A stretch of 64,000 nucleotides of DNA from Flavobacteriales bacterium UBA4110. Its GTDB lineage: Bacteria; Bacteroidota; Bacteroidia; Flavobacteriales; Weeksellaceae. The notes below the pieces were generated by a model. It was not told the DNA's origin. It saw nothing but the letters and a program-made list of their open reading frames with translations, and did not search any database. Shown piece by piece: positions 50,488 through 60,500 of the stretch. Position numbers and translations under genes: made by a program. The stretch is from contig DFXK01000007.1 of the NCBI GenBank assembly GCA_002383165.1, positions 34,403 to 98,402 on the forward strand, given 5' to 3'. The stretch's first letter is position 1, and every line of letters starts with the position of its first letter.

Positions 50488-51224
50488 ATGGCTTTAAAAG
50501 AAGAACTTGAAAAACAAGGAAATTGGCTTTTCAGATACAGAAGTTTCTTACCACTTATAGTTTTGGTTGTTGGTTTAGCGGTTTTAGTCCAAACTAGTTT
50601 AAAAAAAGAAAGTTTTGATTGTTCAATTTACTATGAACTGTTTTGTCTGTTTGTAAGCATCATTGGTTTGGGAATAAGAATTTATACCGTAGGTTTTACA
50701 CCTAAGAACACTTCCGGAAGAAATACAAAAGAAGGTCAGGTTGCAGATAAACTTAACACTACGGGTATTTATAGTATTGTTAGAAATCCACTTTATTTAG
50801 GAAACTTTTTTATGTGGCTTGGCTTGGGAATGTTTACTGAAAATGTTTGGTTCATTATTTCCTTTATTTTTTTTATTGGATTTACTACGAGCGAATCATC
50901 TTTGCTGAAGAGCAATTTTTGGAAAGAAAATTTGGAAATTATTACAGTTCTTGGGCAGAAAAAGTTCCTGTATTTATTCCTAATTTATCATTGTTTAAAA
51001 ATAACGAGTTGACTTTCAGTGTTCAAAAAGTATTACTGAAAGAGAAAAACGGACTCTTTGCACTGTTTTTAATCTTTACAGTTTTTGATTTAATCGGAGA
51101 AACTATTCAGAATCACGGTCATTATAATTTCATTTTTATAGTTGGTGGTTTTGTAACTATGATGCTATATGTGGCATTGAAAATTGTAAAGACCAGAACT
51201 GCTTTTCTTAAAAATAACAGATAA
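50488..51224 (+). pseudogene. ICMT/PEMT-like membrane methyltransferase, single frameshift in a T8 run
   Basis: ORF 50488-51012 (..GIYSIVRNPLYLGNFFMWLG..) and ORF 50847-51224 (YWIYYERIIFAEEQFLERKFG...) join if one T is added to the T8 tract at 50867-50874. Confidence 0.7.
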
Positions 51225-51250
51225 AATCAAATTTCAAAACACATAAAGTT

Positions 51251-52129
51251 ATGCTACTCAACAAAAGAATTTCAATTGGATACTTTGTTCGTCAAATCAA
51301 ATTTCAAATTTTACTTATTGTATTGTTTGCCTTTGTAATGGGCTTTTTGGATGATATTGCAGTGTTTAAGAATATTTCGATTCCATTAAGTATTCCAGCA
51401 CTTCTGGGTACGGCAGTTTCCCTGCTTCTAGCTTTTAGAACTGCACAATCGTATGAGAGATGGTGGGAAGCACGAACGGTTTGGGGGGCTATTGTGAATG
51501 ACTCAAGGTCTTTGATAAGATTGGTTAAACAATTTGCCACCAATAATGATAGAGAGACGAAGATATTCGCTGAAAGACAGATTATTTGGGTTTATGCTTT
51601 AGGTGAAGCTTTAAGAAAACAGACTTTTTCAAATAGAGTAAAAGAATACTTGCAGTCACATCAAATTGTGGCTGCGAATATTCCTAATGCTTTACTTGAT
51701 GAACACTCGAATCAAATCAGGAAAATTGCACAAGAAGGACATATTTCTGATTTTAAAGAAATTCAAATGAATGAGGTTGTTATGAGACTATGCGATAGTA
51801 TGGGGAAATGTGAAAGATTGAAGAATACAGTATTTCCTAGAGCATACAGTATTTTGCTTCATACATTGATTTACGTGTTTGCATTTCTACTTCCTTTTGG
51901 GTTAGAAGATTCTCAATTAACGGTTGAGATTGCAACAACGATAATAGTTCCAATCATCTTCATTGCCATAGAAAAGACCGCAATCATAATGCAAGACCCA
52001 TTTGAAAATACACCAGTTGATACCCCAATGACATCTTTGGCTCAAACTATAGAAATCAATATTCTTCAAATGATTGGCGAAGTAAACGTGCCAACAAAGA
52101 AAGAAAACACAAATTATTACGAAATGTAA
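51251..52129 (+). CDS. Bestrophin-family (UPF0187/YneE) anion channel
   Basis: 292 aa. LLAFRTAQSYERWWEARTVWGAIVNDSRSL is the family signature. Confidence 0.8.
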   Translation: MLLNKRISIGYFVRQIKFQILLIVLFAFVMGFLDDIAVFKNISIPLSIPALLGTAVSLLLAFRTAQSYERWWEARTVWGAIVNDSRSLIRLVKQFATNNDRETKIFAERQIIWVYALGEALRKQTFSNRVKEYLQSHQIVAANIPNALLDEHSNQIRKIAQEGHISDFKEIQMNEVVMRLCDSMGKCERLKNTVFPRAYSILLHTLIYVFAFLLPFGLEDSQLTVEIATTIIVPIIFIAIEKTAIIMQDPFENTPVDTPMTSLAQTIEINILQMIGEVNVPTKKENTNYYEM

Positions 52130-52155
52130 ATAGTAACCAATAATCATTAAATATT

Positions 52156-54192
52156 ATGGAACATAAACATCAATATGATTCTAACGGAAAACAACTATGT
52201 TGTTCCCCTCAAGAAGAAAAAATAGATAAAAATGCAAACAAGCTTTTAAAAGAAGAAAAGCACAGCTCAGAAGATGGACATAGTCACGGTCATAGCGACG
52301 ATGATGGTCACGACCACGGAAGTACGGATAAAACTACATTTGAAATGTTTTTGCCAGCCATTATTTCCTTAACTATTTTGTTAGCGGGGATAGGAATGGA
52401 TAATTTCTTTCCACAACAATGGTTTACTGGATGGGTAAGAATTGTCTGGTATGCCGCAGCTTATGCACCTGTAGGCTTACCAGTATTGAAAGAAGCATAC
52501 GAAAGTATTATGAAAGGTGATGTGTTTTCAGAATTTTTCCTGATGAGTATTGCAACCATCGGAGCATTTATAATAGGAGAATATCCGGAAGGAGTTGCAG
52601 TAATGCTGTTCTATGCAGTAGGAGAAGTTTTTCAAACTTTGGCAGTTACTAGAGCAAAAAGTAATATCAAAGCTTTGCTGGACCAAAGACCGGATGAGGT
52701 TACCATTTTAGAAAATAATACTCCCAAGACAATTAAAGCAAAAGAAGCAAAAATCGGAGATATTATTCAATTGAAATCAGGCGAAAAACTGGCTTTAGAC
52801 GGAGAATTGATAAGTGATTCTGCATCATTCAACACCGCTGCTTTAACAGGCGAAAGTAAACCCGATACTAAAAATAAGGGCGAAGTTGTTCTGGCAGGGA
52901 TGATTAATCTACAAACTGTAGCCCAGATTAAAATTACTACAGCATATGAAGACAGCAAGTTAAGTAAGATTCTTGAATTGGTTCAGAACGCGACTTCACA
53001 AAAAGCACCAACAGAACTTTTCATCAGAAAATTTGCAAGAATTTATACGCCAATAGTTGTTGTATTAGCTATTCTTATATGTGTAGTACCTTATTTTTTT
53101 GTAGATAATTACATATTTAGGGATTGGTTGTACAGAGCATTGATTTTCTTAGTGATTTCTTGTCCTTGTGCGTTGGTAATTTCAATTCCATTAGGCTATT
53201 TTGGGGGAATCGGAGCAGCTTCCCGCAATGGAATTTTATTTAAAGGAAGTAATTTCTTGGATAAGATTGCAGAAATCCAAAACGTTGTGATGGATAAAAC
53301 CGGAACAATGACGGAAGGCGTGTTTGAAGTCCAAGAAGTGAATATCAATCCTGCTTTTGACAAAACTGAACTACTTCAAATGGTCAATACATTGGAAAGT
53401 AATAGTACACATCCTGTAGCGACAGCTATTCATCAATATGTTGGAGAAATAAATCAGTCCCTAAACTTTCAGAACGTTGAAGAAATAGCAGGACACGGTC
53501 TGAAAGCAAACGTAAAAGGTGATGAACTGTTGGTAGGGAATTTTAAGTTAATGGATAAATTTAATGTTAATTACGATATTAATCCTGCTGATATTATTTA
53601 TACAGTTATTGCAATAGCTTATCAGGGGAAATTTGCGGGTTATATTACCATTGCTGACAGTATCAAAGAAGATGCAAAACTGACAGTAGAAAAACTGCAC
53701 AATCTAAATGTAAAAGCCACAATGTTGAGTGGAGATAAAGGTACAGTAGTAAAATATGTAGCGCAACAATTGGGAATTGATAATGCTTTCGGAGACTTAC
53801 TTCCGGAGGATAAAGTAAATAAAGTCAAAGAAATAAAATCTAAGAATGAAAGTGTAGCATTTGTTGGAGATGGTGTCAATGATGCGCCTGTGGTTGCTTT
53901 AAGTGATGTAGGTATTGCTATGGGAGGTTTGGGAAGTGATGCTACTATAGAAACAGCCGATGTGGTAATTCAGGATGACAGACCGTCTAAAATCCCAATG
54001 GCAATTAATATTGGAAAGAAGACAAAACAAATTGTCTGGCAGAATATTATTCTTGCTTTTGTTGTGAAAGCAATCGTTTTGGTTTTGGGAGCAGGTGGAC
54101 TAGCTACAATGTGGGAAGCTGTTTTTGCAGATGTTGGTGTAGCATTATTAGCAATCTTAAATGCTGTGAGAATTCAAAAAATGAAGTTTTAA
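52156..54192 (+). CDS. P1B-type heavy-metal ATPase (Zn/Cd/Pb-type motifs)
   Basis: His-rich N-terminus (HSSEDGHSHGHSDDDGHDHG), CPC in SCPCALVIS, DKTGT, GDGVNDAP and the terminal-TM ADVG motif. Confidence 0.9.
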   Translation: MEHKHQYDSNGKQLCCSPQEEKIDKNANKLLKEEKHSSEDGHSHGHSDDDGHDHGSTDKTTFEMFLPAIISLTILLAGIGMDNFFPQQWFTGWVRIVWYAAAYAPVGLPVLKEAYESIMKGDVFSEFFLMSIATIGAFIIGEYPEGVAVMLFYAVGEVFQTLAVTRAKSNIKALLDQRPDEVTILENNTPKTIKAKEAKIGDIIQLKSGEKLALDGELISDSASFNTAALTGESKPDTKNKGEVVLAGMINLQTVAQIKITTAYEDSKLSKILELVQNATSQKAPTELFIRKFARIYTPIVVVLAILICVVPYFFVDNYIFRDWLYRALIFLVISCPCALVISIPLGYFGGIGAASRNGILFKGSNFLDKIAEIQNVVMDKTGTMTEGVFEVQEVNINPAFDKTELLQMVNTLESNSTHPVATAIHQYVGEINQSLNFQNVEEIAGHGLKANVKGDELLVGNFKLMDKFNVNYDINPADIIYTVIAIAYQGKFAGYITIADSIKEDAKLTVEKLHNLNVKATMLSGDKGTVVKYVAQQLGIDNAFGDLLPEDKVNKVKEIKSKNESVAFVGDGVNDAPVVALSDVGIAMGGLGSDATIETADVVIQDDRPSKIPMAINIGKKTKQIVWQNIILAFVVKAIVLVLGAGGLATMWEAVFADVGVALLAILNAVRIQKMKF

Positions 54193-54489
54193 TAATAAGA
54201 AATTGTATACAATTTTTTAAATACCAAATGGCATTGGTGGCATTTGGTATGTGTAAACTTTAGCAAAACTTATAAATAAAGAGTAGTGTCTATCTAACTT
54301 ACACAGTTAGTTAGACATTACCAGAAAATATAAAAATATTGTAGATATTATTACCTATGATAATTTGTTAGAGCGTTTATACTTTACAATTGAACAAATT
54401 CAAAAGATATAAACATCGTTTCTGTTCTCTTTAAAAATCCATATTTAACTTATATTTTTAGATGATATTGATTTTCGCAAGCTCTGCAA

Positions 54490-54800
54490 GTTTATTCAAA
54501 TCCTCTACAAAATTTTTCGAAAAATGCACTGCCTCACTTAAGGAGACAACTATTTTTTAGTTGTCTCTTTTTTATAACCATAAATATCTCTTTGTCAAGT
54601 CCTTATGATCTGACTTTTAGTGTTCGACATTTTAAACGTAAAATGCTTAGTCTGTTTGAAAAAAACAGTCTGAAAGCGCCACAACTGGCATGTAATCTAC
54701 AATCCTTAAGTGTTCGAAATCTCCTTAAGGTCAGAGCTTTGTCTCTCCTTTACTTATTGTAGGTTTTTCTATTAAGTATAGTAGTTCTGATATGATTTTA
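54490..54800. repeat. Direct repeat copy 2 (serine-recombinase 3' remnant + flank)
   Basis: Near-identical core with copy 1 (54534-54674). Recombinase-tail remnant ...LKEISNT* on the minus strand from ~54706. Confidence 0.85.
54543..54573 (+). terminator. Intrinsic terminator inside repeat copy 2
   Basis: Same GAGACAACTA / TAGTTGTCTC hairpin plus T6. Confidence 0.7.
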
Positions 54801-54909
54801 AATTTAGTGATAGTTTTTTAAACAATAATTTGAGATAAGGACACTAAAGACTTTGTATATTTTACAAAGGAAATGCTTTAATTTACTTGTGGATTTTAAT
54901 TATTATCGT

Positions 54910-54921
54910 AATATTGCAATA
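54910..54921. promoter_or_regulatory. Candidate ArsR operator 1
   Basis: Perfect 12-bp palindrome ATATTGCAATAT, 15 nt upstream of the arsR ATG, embedded in the conserved TTATTATCGTNATATTGCAATATA. Confidence 0.6.
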
Positions 54922-54935
54922 TAAAAATATAAATT

Positions 54936-55265
54936 ATGGGACTTACTAAAACTGAAATATTCACAGATGAGCAAAACAGTCTAGCTTCTCTCTTTAAAGT
55001 TTTGGCACATCCTGCAAGAATCGCAATCCTCCAATACATCATTAATCAGAAAGCTTGTATCTGTAATGACCTAGTGGATGAACTTGGACTGGCACAGGCA
55101 ACTATCTCTCAACATTTGAAAGAACTGAAAAGTATCGGGATTATTCAAGGGACTATCGAAGGAAAATCTGTTTGCTATTGTATCGAAGATAAAAAATGGA
55201 AAGAGATTCAAGGATTGTTCAATCAATTTTTTGAACAAGATGTAAAAGTTGGGCAATGTTGCTAA
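54936..55265 (+). CDS. arsR: ArsR/SmtB-family metalloregulator
   Basis: LFKVLAHPARIAILQYI...CICNDLVDELGLAQATISQHLKELK (winged HTH with Cys pair); C-terminal GQCC. Confidence 0.85.
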   Translation: MGLTKTEIFTDEQNSLASLFKVLAHPARIAILQYIINQKACICNDLVDELGLAQATISQHLKELKSIGIIQGTIEGKSVCYCIEDKKWKEIQGLFNQFFEQDVKVGQCC

Positions 55266-55294
55266 CAACTTTTTTTATAATCTTTATTATCGTC

Positions 55295-55306
55295 ATATTG
55301 CAATAT
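55295..55306. promoter_or_regulatory. Candidate ArsR operator 2
   Basis: Same ATATTGCAATAT palindrome and flanking direct repeat, 32 nt upstream of the next ars gene. Confidence 0.6.
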
Positions 55307-55337
55307 ATAAATTAAATAATATCAAATATTAATTATT

Positions 55338-55802
55338 ATGAAACTATCAAAAATCAAAGCAATCTTACCTACACTGAACAATGTCGAATTTCAGTTAGAG
55401 AATGGAAAATTTGTTCCTGAGCATTTCCACGTTACAGAAATAGGGGTTATCACAAAGAATTTTATAGACTGCGGTGGCAATACCAGAAATGAAAAGGTTG
55501 TCAATTTCCAATTGTGGGATGCGAATGACTTTGAACATAGGTTGAAACCTACCAAACTCTTAGACATCATCTCACTTTGTGAGGACAAACTAGGAATCGA
55601 AGATTCAGAGATAGAGGTTGAATATCAAAGCGAAACTATCGGTAAGTATGATTTAGATTTTAACGGGAATAATTTTGTTCTGAAAAATAAACAAACTGCT
55701 TGTCTGGCAAATGAGGCTTGTGGAATTCCTGAAGGAAATCAAACTGTGGAATCATCTGATTCGAATAATACTTGCTGCACTCCCAAGTCAGGTTGTTGCT
55801 AA
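55338..55802 (+). CDS. DUF6428-like ars-operon protein with Cys-rich tail
   Basis: 154 aa. FVPEHFHVTEIG pattern and C-terminal NNTCCTPKSGCC. Position between arsR and the other ars genes. Confidence 0.55.
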   Translation: MKLSKIKAILPTLNNVEFQLENGKFVPEHFHVTEIGVITKNFIDCGGNTRNEKVVNFQLWDANDFEHRLKPTKLLDIISLCEDKLGIEDSEIEVEYQSETIGKYDLDFNGNNFVLKNKQTACLANEACGIPEGNQTVESSDSNNTCCTPKSGCC

Positions 55803-55816
55803 AAAAAGACTGCATT

Positions 55817-56308
55817 ATGGAAATCAAACCTATAACCAAAGACAACTTTTCGGAAGTAATCGAAATCTACAAACAAGGCTTGGCCACCAATATAGCCACT
55901 TTTCAGAACGATTCTCCACAATGGGAGGAATGGGATAACGGGCACCTAGATTTTTGCAGGATCAGTATTTACGATGATGAAAAAATGCTTGGTTGGACAT
56001 CTCTAACACCTGTTTCCAGTCGGTGTGTCTATTCTGGTGTCGCAGAAGTCAGCGTCTACGTCGCACAGGAAGCACGAGGAAAAGGAATTGGAAAAATATT
56101 GTTGAAAGAATTGATCAATCAGAGTGAAGAAAATGGGATATGGACATTGCAGTCTGGTATATTCGCTGAAAACGAAAATAGTATCAGGCTGCACGAGAAA
56201 TGCGGATTCAGATTAGTTGGCTACCGAGAAAAGATAGGTAAAAAGAATGGGGTTTGGAAAGACAATGTCCTTATGGAGCTTAGAAGCAAAAATGTCGGAA
56301 TAGATTAA
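55817..56308 (+). CDS. arsN: GNAT N-acetyltransferase (phosphinothricin/arsinothricin acetyltransferase-like, ArsN-type)
   Basis: Likely start MEIKPITKDNF at 55817. GNAT core AEVSVYVAQEARGKGIGKILLKELI...GFRLVG. Confidence 0.65.
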   Translation: MEIKPITKDNFSEVIEIYKQGLATNIATFQNDSPQWEEWDNGHLDFCRISIYDDEKMLGWTSLTPVSSRCVYSGVAEVSVYVAQEARGKGIGKILLKELINQSEENGIWTLQSGIFAENENSIRLHEKCGFRLVGYREKIGKKNGVWKDNVLMELRSKNVGID

Positions 56309-56334
56309 TAAACAATAAAACTTAAACAACGCCT

Positions 56335-56946
56335 ATGTATTCAGAATTAACAAATACTTTTGAACAATTACATTATCAAAACATCAGCGAGGAAAGAAAA
56401 ATGACATTGCAACCATTAATTGATTTTGTACAGCAAAAAATGGATGAAGGAAAAGATATTAATATCAATTTCATTTGTACCCATAACTCGCGCAGAAGCC
56501 ATCTATCACAAATCTGGGCACAAGCAGGAGCTGCTTATTTCAATATTCTAAACGTACATTGTTATTCGGGAGGTACGGAAGAAACAGCATTATTTCCAAA
56601 AGTGGTTGAGACACTCATTAATCAAGGCTTTAATATCTTCAAAATTGCAGACGGCAATAACCCCATATATTCTATTAAGTACAATGAAGATTCATCACCT
56701 GTAATTGGGTTTTCAAAAAGATATGATAGTCCGTTCAATCCTACGTCTGGGTTTGCAGCAATTATGACCTGTTCCCAAGCAGACGGTGGCTGTCCTTTCA
56801 TTGCAGGAGCAAAAAAAAGAATTCCTATCACATTTGAAGACCCTAAAATCTCTGATAACACACCACAGCAGTCACAAGTATATGCAGAAAGAAGCTTGCA
56901 GATAGCTTCTGAAATGTTCTACGTTTTCTCTAAGATTAAAAAATAG
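56335..56946 (+). CDS. arsC: LMW-PTP-type arsenate reductase / protein-tyrosine phosphatase
   Basis: CX5R loop ICTHNSRRS and downstream [10 protein letters not shown] cysteines; ars operon context. Confidence 0.7.
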   Translation: MYSELTNTFEQLHYQNISEERKMTLQPLIDFVQQKMDEGKDININFICTHNSRRSHLSQIWAQAGAAYFNILNVHCYSGGTEETALFPKVVETLINQGFNIFKIADGNNPIYSIKYNEDSSPVIGFSKRYDSPFNPTSGFAAIMTCSQADGGCPFIAGAKKRIPITFEDPKISDNTPQQSQVYAERSLQIASEMFYVFSKIKK

Positions 56947-56950
56947 TTTT

Positions 56951-57979
56951 ATGCAACCAAAACTAAAATTTCTTGACCATTATCTTACCTTATGGATATT
57001 CCTTGCAATGGCAACAGGTATTGGCTTAGGATATTTCTTTCCTGCAATTTCACAAATAACAAACGCAATGTCGGTAGGAACGATAAATATTCCACTGGCA
57101 ATAGGCTTGATTTTGATGATGTATCCTCCTTTGGCAAAAGTTGATTATTCATTATTACCTCAAGCTTTCAAAGATAAAAAAGTAATAGGTCTTTCGTTAT
57201 TTCTCAATTGGTTTGTTGGTACGATGCTGATGTTTGGATTAGCCGTTTTATTCTTACGAAATGAACCTGATTATATGACAGGATTGATACTGATAGGCTT
57301 GGCGAGATGTATTGCAATGGTCATTGTTTGGAGTGACTTAGCAAAAGCCAACAGAGAATATACCGCTATGCTGGTTGCATTGAATAGCATCTTTCAAGTG
57401 GTGTCTTACAGCCTTTTAGTTTGGTTGTTCATCAATATATTGCCCGCCAAATTAGGTCTAGCCAACTTCAATATAACCGTATCAATGAAAGATGTTACCG
57501 AAAGTGTATTGATTTATTTAGGTATTCCATTTCTAATAGGTTTTCTAAGTCGTTATCTTCTTATTAAATTAAAAGGTATAGAATGGTATAACAGAAAATT
57601 TGTTCCAAGAATATCGCCAATCACATTGTATGCTTTACTATTTACCATAATAATAATGTTTAGTCTGAAAGGAGATAAAATATTAGAACTGCCTATGGAT
57701 GTGATAAAAGTTGCCATACCGTTGGTTATTTATTTTGTACTAATGTTTTTTGTTAGCTTCTTTATCAACAAATCTTTAAATATACCCTATGATAAAAATG
57801 CTTCAATCGCATTTACTGCTACCGGCAATAATTTCGAATTGGCGATAGCAGTAGCAATAGCAGTTTTTGGCATTCACTCTCCACAAGCTTTCGTAGGTGT
57901 TATCGGACCATTGGTGGAAGTTCCTGTGCTTATCTTATTAGTGAAAACAAGTTTGTGGCTGAAGAAAAAATATTATTAA
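56951..57979 (+). CDS. acr3: ACR3-family arsenite efflux transporter
   Basis: 342 aa, 10-TM pattern. [24 protein letters not shown] start and [11 protein letters not shown] (conserved Cys). Confidence 0.9.
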   Translation: MQPKLKFLDHYLTLWIFLAMATGIGLGYFFPAISQITNAMSVGTINIPLAIGLILMMYPPLAKVDYSLLPQAFKDKKVIGLSLFLNWFVGTMLMFGLAVLFLRNEPDYMTGLILIGLARCIAMVIVWSDLAKANREYTAMLVALNSIFQVVSYSLLVWLFINILPAKLGLANFNITVSMKDVTESVLIYLGIPFLIGFLSRYLLIKLKGIEWYNRKFVPRISPITLYALLFTIIIMFSLKGDKILELPMDVIKVAIPLVIYFVLMFFVSFFINKSLNIPYDKNASIAFTATGNNFELAIAVAIAVFGIHSPQAFVGVIGPLVEVPVLILLVKTSLWLKKKYY

Positions 57980-58020
57980 TATAAAGACAATCTAAGAAAA
58001 CTAAAAGTATTTTTATATAC

Positions 58021-58305
58021 GTGCGTCGACTTACTTAAGTAGACAACTATTTATTAGTTGTTTACTTTTTTTAATCCATAAATATCTCTTTATTAAAATT
58101 TTATAGTCTGATTTTTTGTATTCGATATTTTAAGCGTAAAATGCTTATATTTTTTGAAATAAACAGTCTGAAATTGCTACAATAGGCTTGTAACATACAA
58201 TCATTAATTGTCCGAAATCTCCTTAATATTTTGGATTTTTCTTTCTTCTGATTTGTTGTGATTTTTTGCTATTAAATATAGTAATTCTAATATAGTTTTA
58301 GCTTC
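58021..58305. repeat. Direct repeat copy 3 (overlaps the intact recombinase 3' end)
   Basis: More diverged copy of the same unit. The non-coding flank is 58021-58203; the remainder is the last ~34 codons of the recombinase. Confidence 0.8.
58039..58072 (+). terminator. Intrinsic terminator inside repeat copy 3
   Basis: GTAGACAACTA / TAGTTGTTTAC stem (one G-U pair) plus T7. Confidence 0.65.
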
Positions 58306-59859
58306 ATCATCGCTTACCAAGATTCCATTTTTAGCCAAAATAATAATTGCTTGTTCTACTGAAATATTCCTATCAATGAAATTCATTTTTTCCAATATTT
58401 TTTTTGTTGCTTTTTTTGAGAATATTTTTGAGAATGCATGATTTAAATTTAAAGAAAGACTTCCTGTTTTATAGTCAATATCAATCGGAGGAATAAGATC
58501 CACCAGATGTTTTTTATCCGAAATATCAAACTCTGAAAATTTTTGAAAAATTTTGACTAATGCTTTATCTTTTATTTGATTACTGTTATCAATAGCTTTT
58601 AATTTATTAGAAATATTACGGCTTTCCATTTTAAGGTTTTTTGTATTGACTTGATTCTCTTTTTTTAATGCGTTATAATCATCAATTTTTAAAATTCCAG
58701 CTATAAGTAATTTTCTACCTTTGGAAAGAGTTAAATTCTCTTCTTTTATTTTTCTTTCTACTAAGTATTGAGTGTGTAAATAACTTGTCTTCTGAGTCTT
58801 TATATTCTGATCTTCCAATATTTTCTTAAATAATTCAATACAACTATTTGATAGTATTAATTCTTGAAGTTTATTTTGATAGCAATCATTAAGTAAAACT
58901 GCGCCAATCCTAATACTGCAGCCATTATTGCAATGGTAGTAGGGATATCTTTTCAGCTTACCTTTTGAAAAACTCCCAGTAAGTTTTTGACTACAAACAG
59001 GACAAATCAAAAAACCTCTAAGGAAAAACATTTCTCTTATATCATCTCTTTTAGCCGTAATTTTTCTTTCTGTATTAATCACAGACTGTACCTGATAAAA
59101 TAATGACTCTGAAATCAAGGGCTCATGTAGTCCCAGGATAATTTGGTTTTCATTAGTGTTATGCTTTATTAATATATGCCCACAATAAACTGGATTACGC
59201 AAGACTCTGAAAAAATACGATCTTGAACATATAAGTCCTTTATCATTAGCTATTCTATTAATTTCAGATATTTTATGGTCATTCATAGCAACTTGATTGA
59301 AAGCCCATTTTATAATTTCGGCTTCAGGCTCTTTAGGAACAATAGTTTTTTTTCCATCCATTAATGTCACATTGAGGAAACCTATGGGAGCTTTATTAGG
59401 ATATCTTCCCATTAATTTTGCCCGACGAATGCCATTAGAAACATTTTGAGATCTCCGAGTATTTTCTGCTTCTGGAAAAGCTAAATGTAGAGCTTGCAAA
59501 ATTATATTTTCTGGCACAGATAAATCAATGTATTGATCAATTGCCATTGGTGTCGTTTTATATTTTCGAAGTTTTTCAATCATCTCATAAGCATATTCGA
59601 TATTTCGACTAAATCGATCCCATTTTATAAATAATATGTTCTTATCTTCTGTTGGTTTCTTTTTAATTTCGGAGAATAATTCCTTCCATTTAGGCCTATT
59701 AAAATTTTTAGCAGAGTAGTCTTCGCGATAAATTCCTTTGACTTCAATATTGTTATATTTACAATATTTCAGTAATCGGTCTTCCTGATCCGGTAATGAG
59801 TAACCCTTTCTTTTTTGTTCGTCAGTACTTACTCTGACGTATAAGTAAGCTGTTTTCAT
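58204..59859 (-). CDS. Large serine recombinase
   Basis: 551 aa. AYLYVRVSTDEQ (catalytic Ser), recombinase domain, zinc ribbon CPVCSQKLTG...YYHCNNGC and a long coiled-coil C-terminus. Confidence 0.9.
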   Translation of the reverse strand: MKTAYLYVRVSTDEQKRKGYSLPDQEDRLLKYCKYNNIEVKGIYREDYSAKNFNRPKWKELFSEIKKKPTEDKNILFIKWDRFSRNIEYAYEMIEKLRKYKTTPMAIDQYIDLSVPENIILQALHLAFPEAENTRRSQNVSNGIRRAKLMGRYPNKAPIGFLNVTLMDGKKTIVPKEPEAEIIKWAFNQVAMNDHKISEINRIANDKGLICSRSYFFRVLRNPVYCGHILIKHNTNENQIILGLHEPLISESLFYQVQSVINTERKITAKRDDIREMFFLRGFLICPVCSQKLTGSFSKGKLKRYPYYHCNNGCSIRIGAVLLNDCYQNKLQELILSNSCIELFKKILEDQNIKTQKTSYLHTQYLVERKIKEENLTLSKGRKLLIAGILKIDDYNALKKENQVNTKNLKMESRNISNKLKAIDNSNQIKDKALVKIFQKFSEFDISDKKHLVDLIPPIDIDYKTGSLSLNLNHAFSKIFSKKATKKILEKMNFIDRNISVEQAIIILAKNGILVSDDEAKTILELLYLIAKNHNKSEERKIQNIKEISDN

Positions 59860-59981
59860 AAATGTGACGTAATTAACATCTAATTTAAAAACATTTAAGT
59901 TAGGTGTTTATACATCATCCATACACTACAGACCAAATAATGAAACTAACAAGAATTTTTAATGATACTCATGAAAGTGTT

Positions 59982-60467
59982 TTATAGACTCTGTTTGAGA
60001 GTATCACTGTCGGATAGTTTAATTAGATTTCCAATAGCGTCAACATCTTCGAAATGTATAGCAACAGGAATTACTTCATATCCTAATAAATAAGAAGTTT
60101 TAACTCGATGACGGCCGTCCTCGAATTCAATTTTTTTCTCAAATACGTTGAAATGTATTTTTGGAGGATCAAGATATTCCTTATTGATCCAATGTTGTAT
60201 GATTCTATATATTCTATGATTATTATTACTTTTAATATTCTCAGGAAGAAATAAAGATGTCATATCTACCTCTCTAAAATCAGAATTTTTAACCAATTCC
60301 TCGGTTCTTACAAAATGTATTTTAAAAATACCTTCTTCCGGAAGTAAGTCTGAAGCTTTTATAGAGGAACTGTTTTCATTGACAGCCCAGTAAGGTTTAG
60401 GTGTTAATAATATTATTTCTTCAACTGTTTTTGATAAGAATTTTTTTATTAAATATGCCATAATCAA
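59982..60467 (-). CDS. Small ParB/Srx-fold-like protein
   Basis: 161 aa. FEDGRHRVKTSYLLGYEVIPVAI resembles the DGxxR core of ParB-like nuclease/DUF262 domains. Assignment is by motif only. Confidence 0.4.
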   Translation of the reverse strand: MIMAYLIKKFLSKTVEEIILLTPKPYWAVNENSSSIKASDLLPEEGIFKIHFVRTEELVKNSDFREVDMTSLFLPENIKSNNNHRIYRIIQHWINKEYLDPPKIHFNVFEKKIEFEDGRHRVKTSYLLGYEVIPVAIHFEDVDAIGNLIKLSDSDTLKQSL

Positions 60468-60500
60468 AGGTAATAATTCTTATTTAGAATAATTTTCTTA

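Noticed and set aside
50847-51224. Treating 50488-51012 and 50847-51224 as two separate overlapping genes.
   Set aside because: The conserved ICMT/PEMT-type core is split across the two ORFs and is restored by a single T in a T8 run. The second ORF would need a TTG start inside the first.
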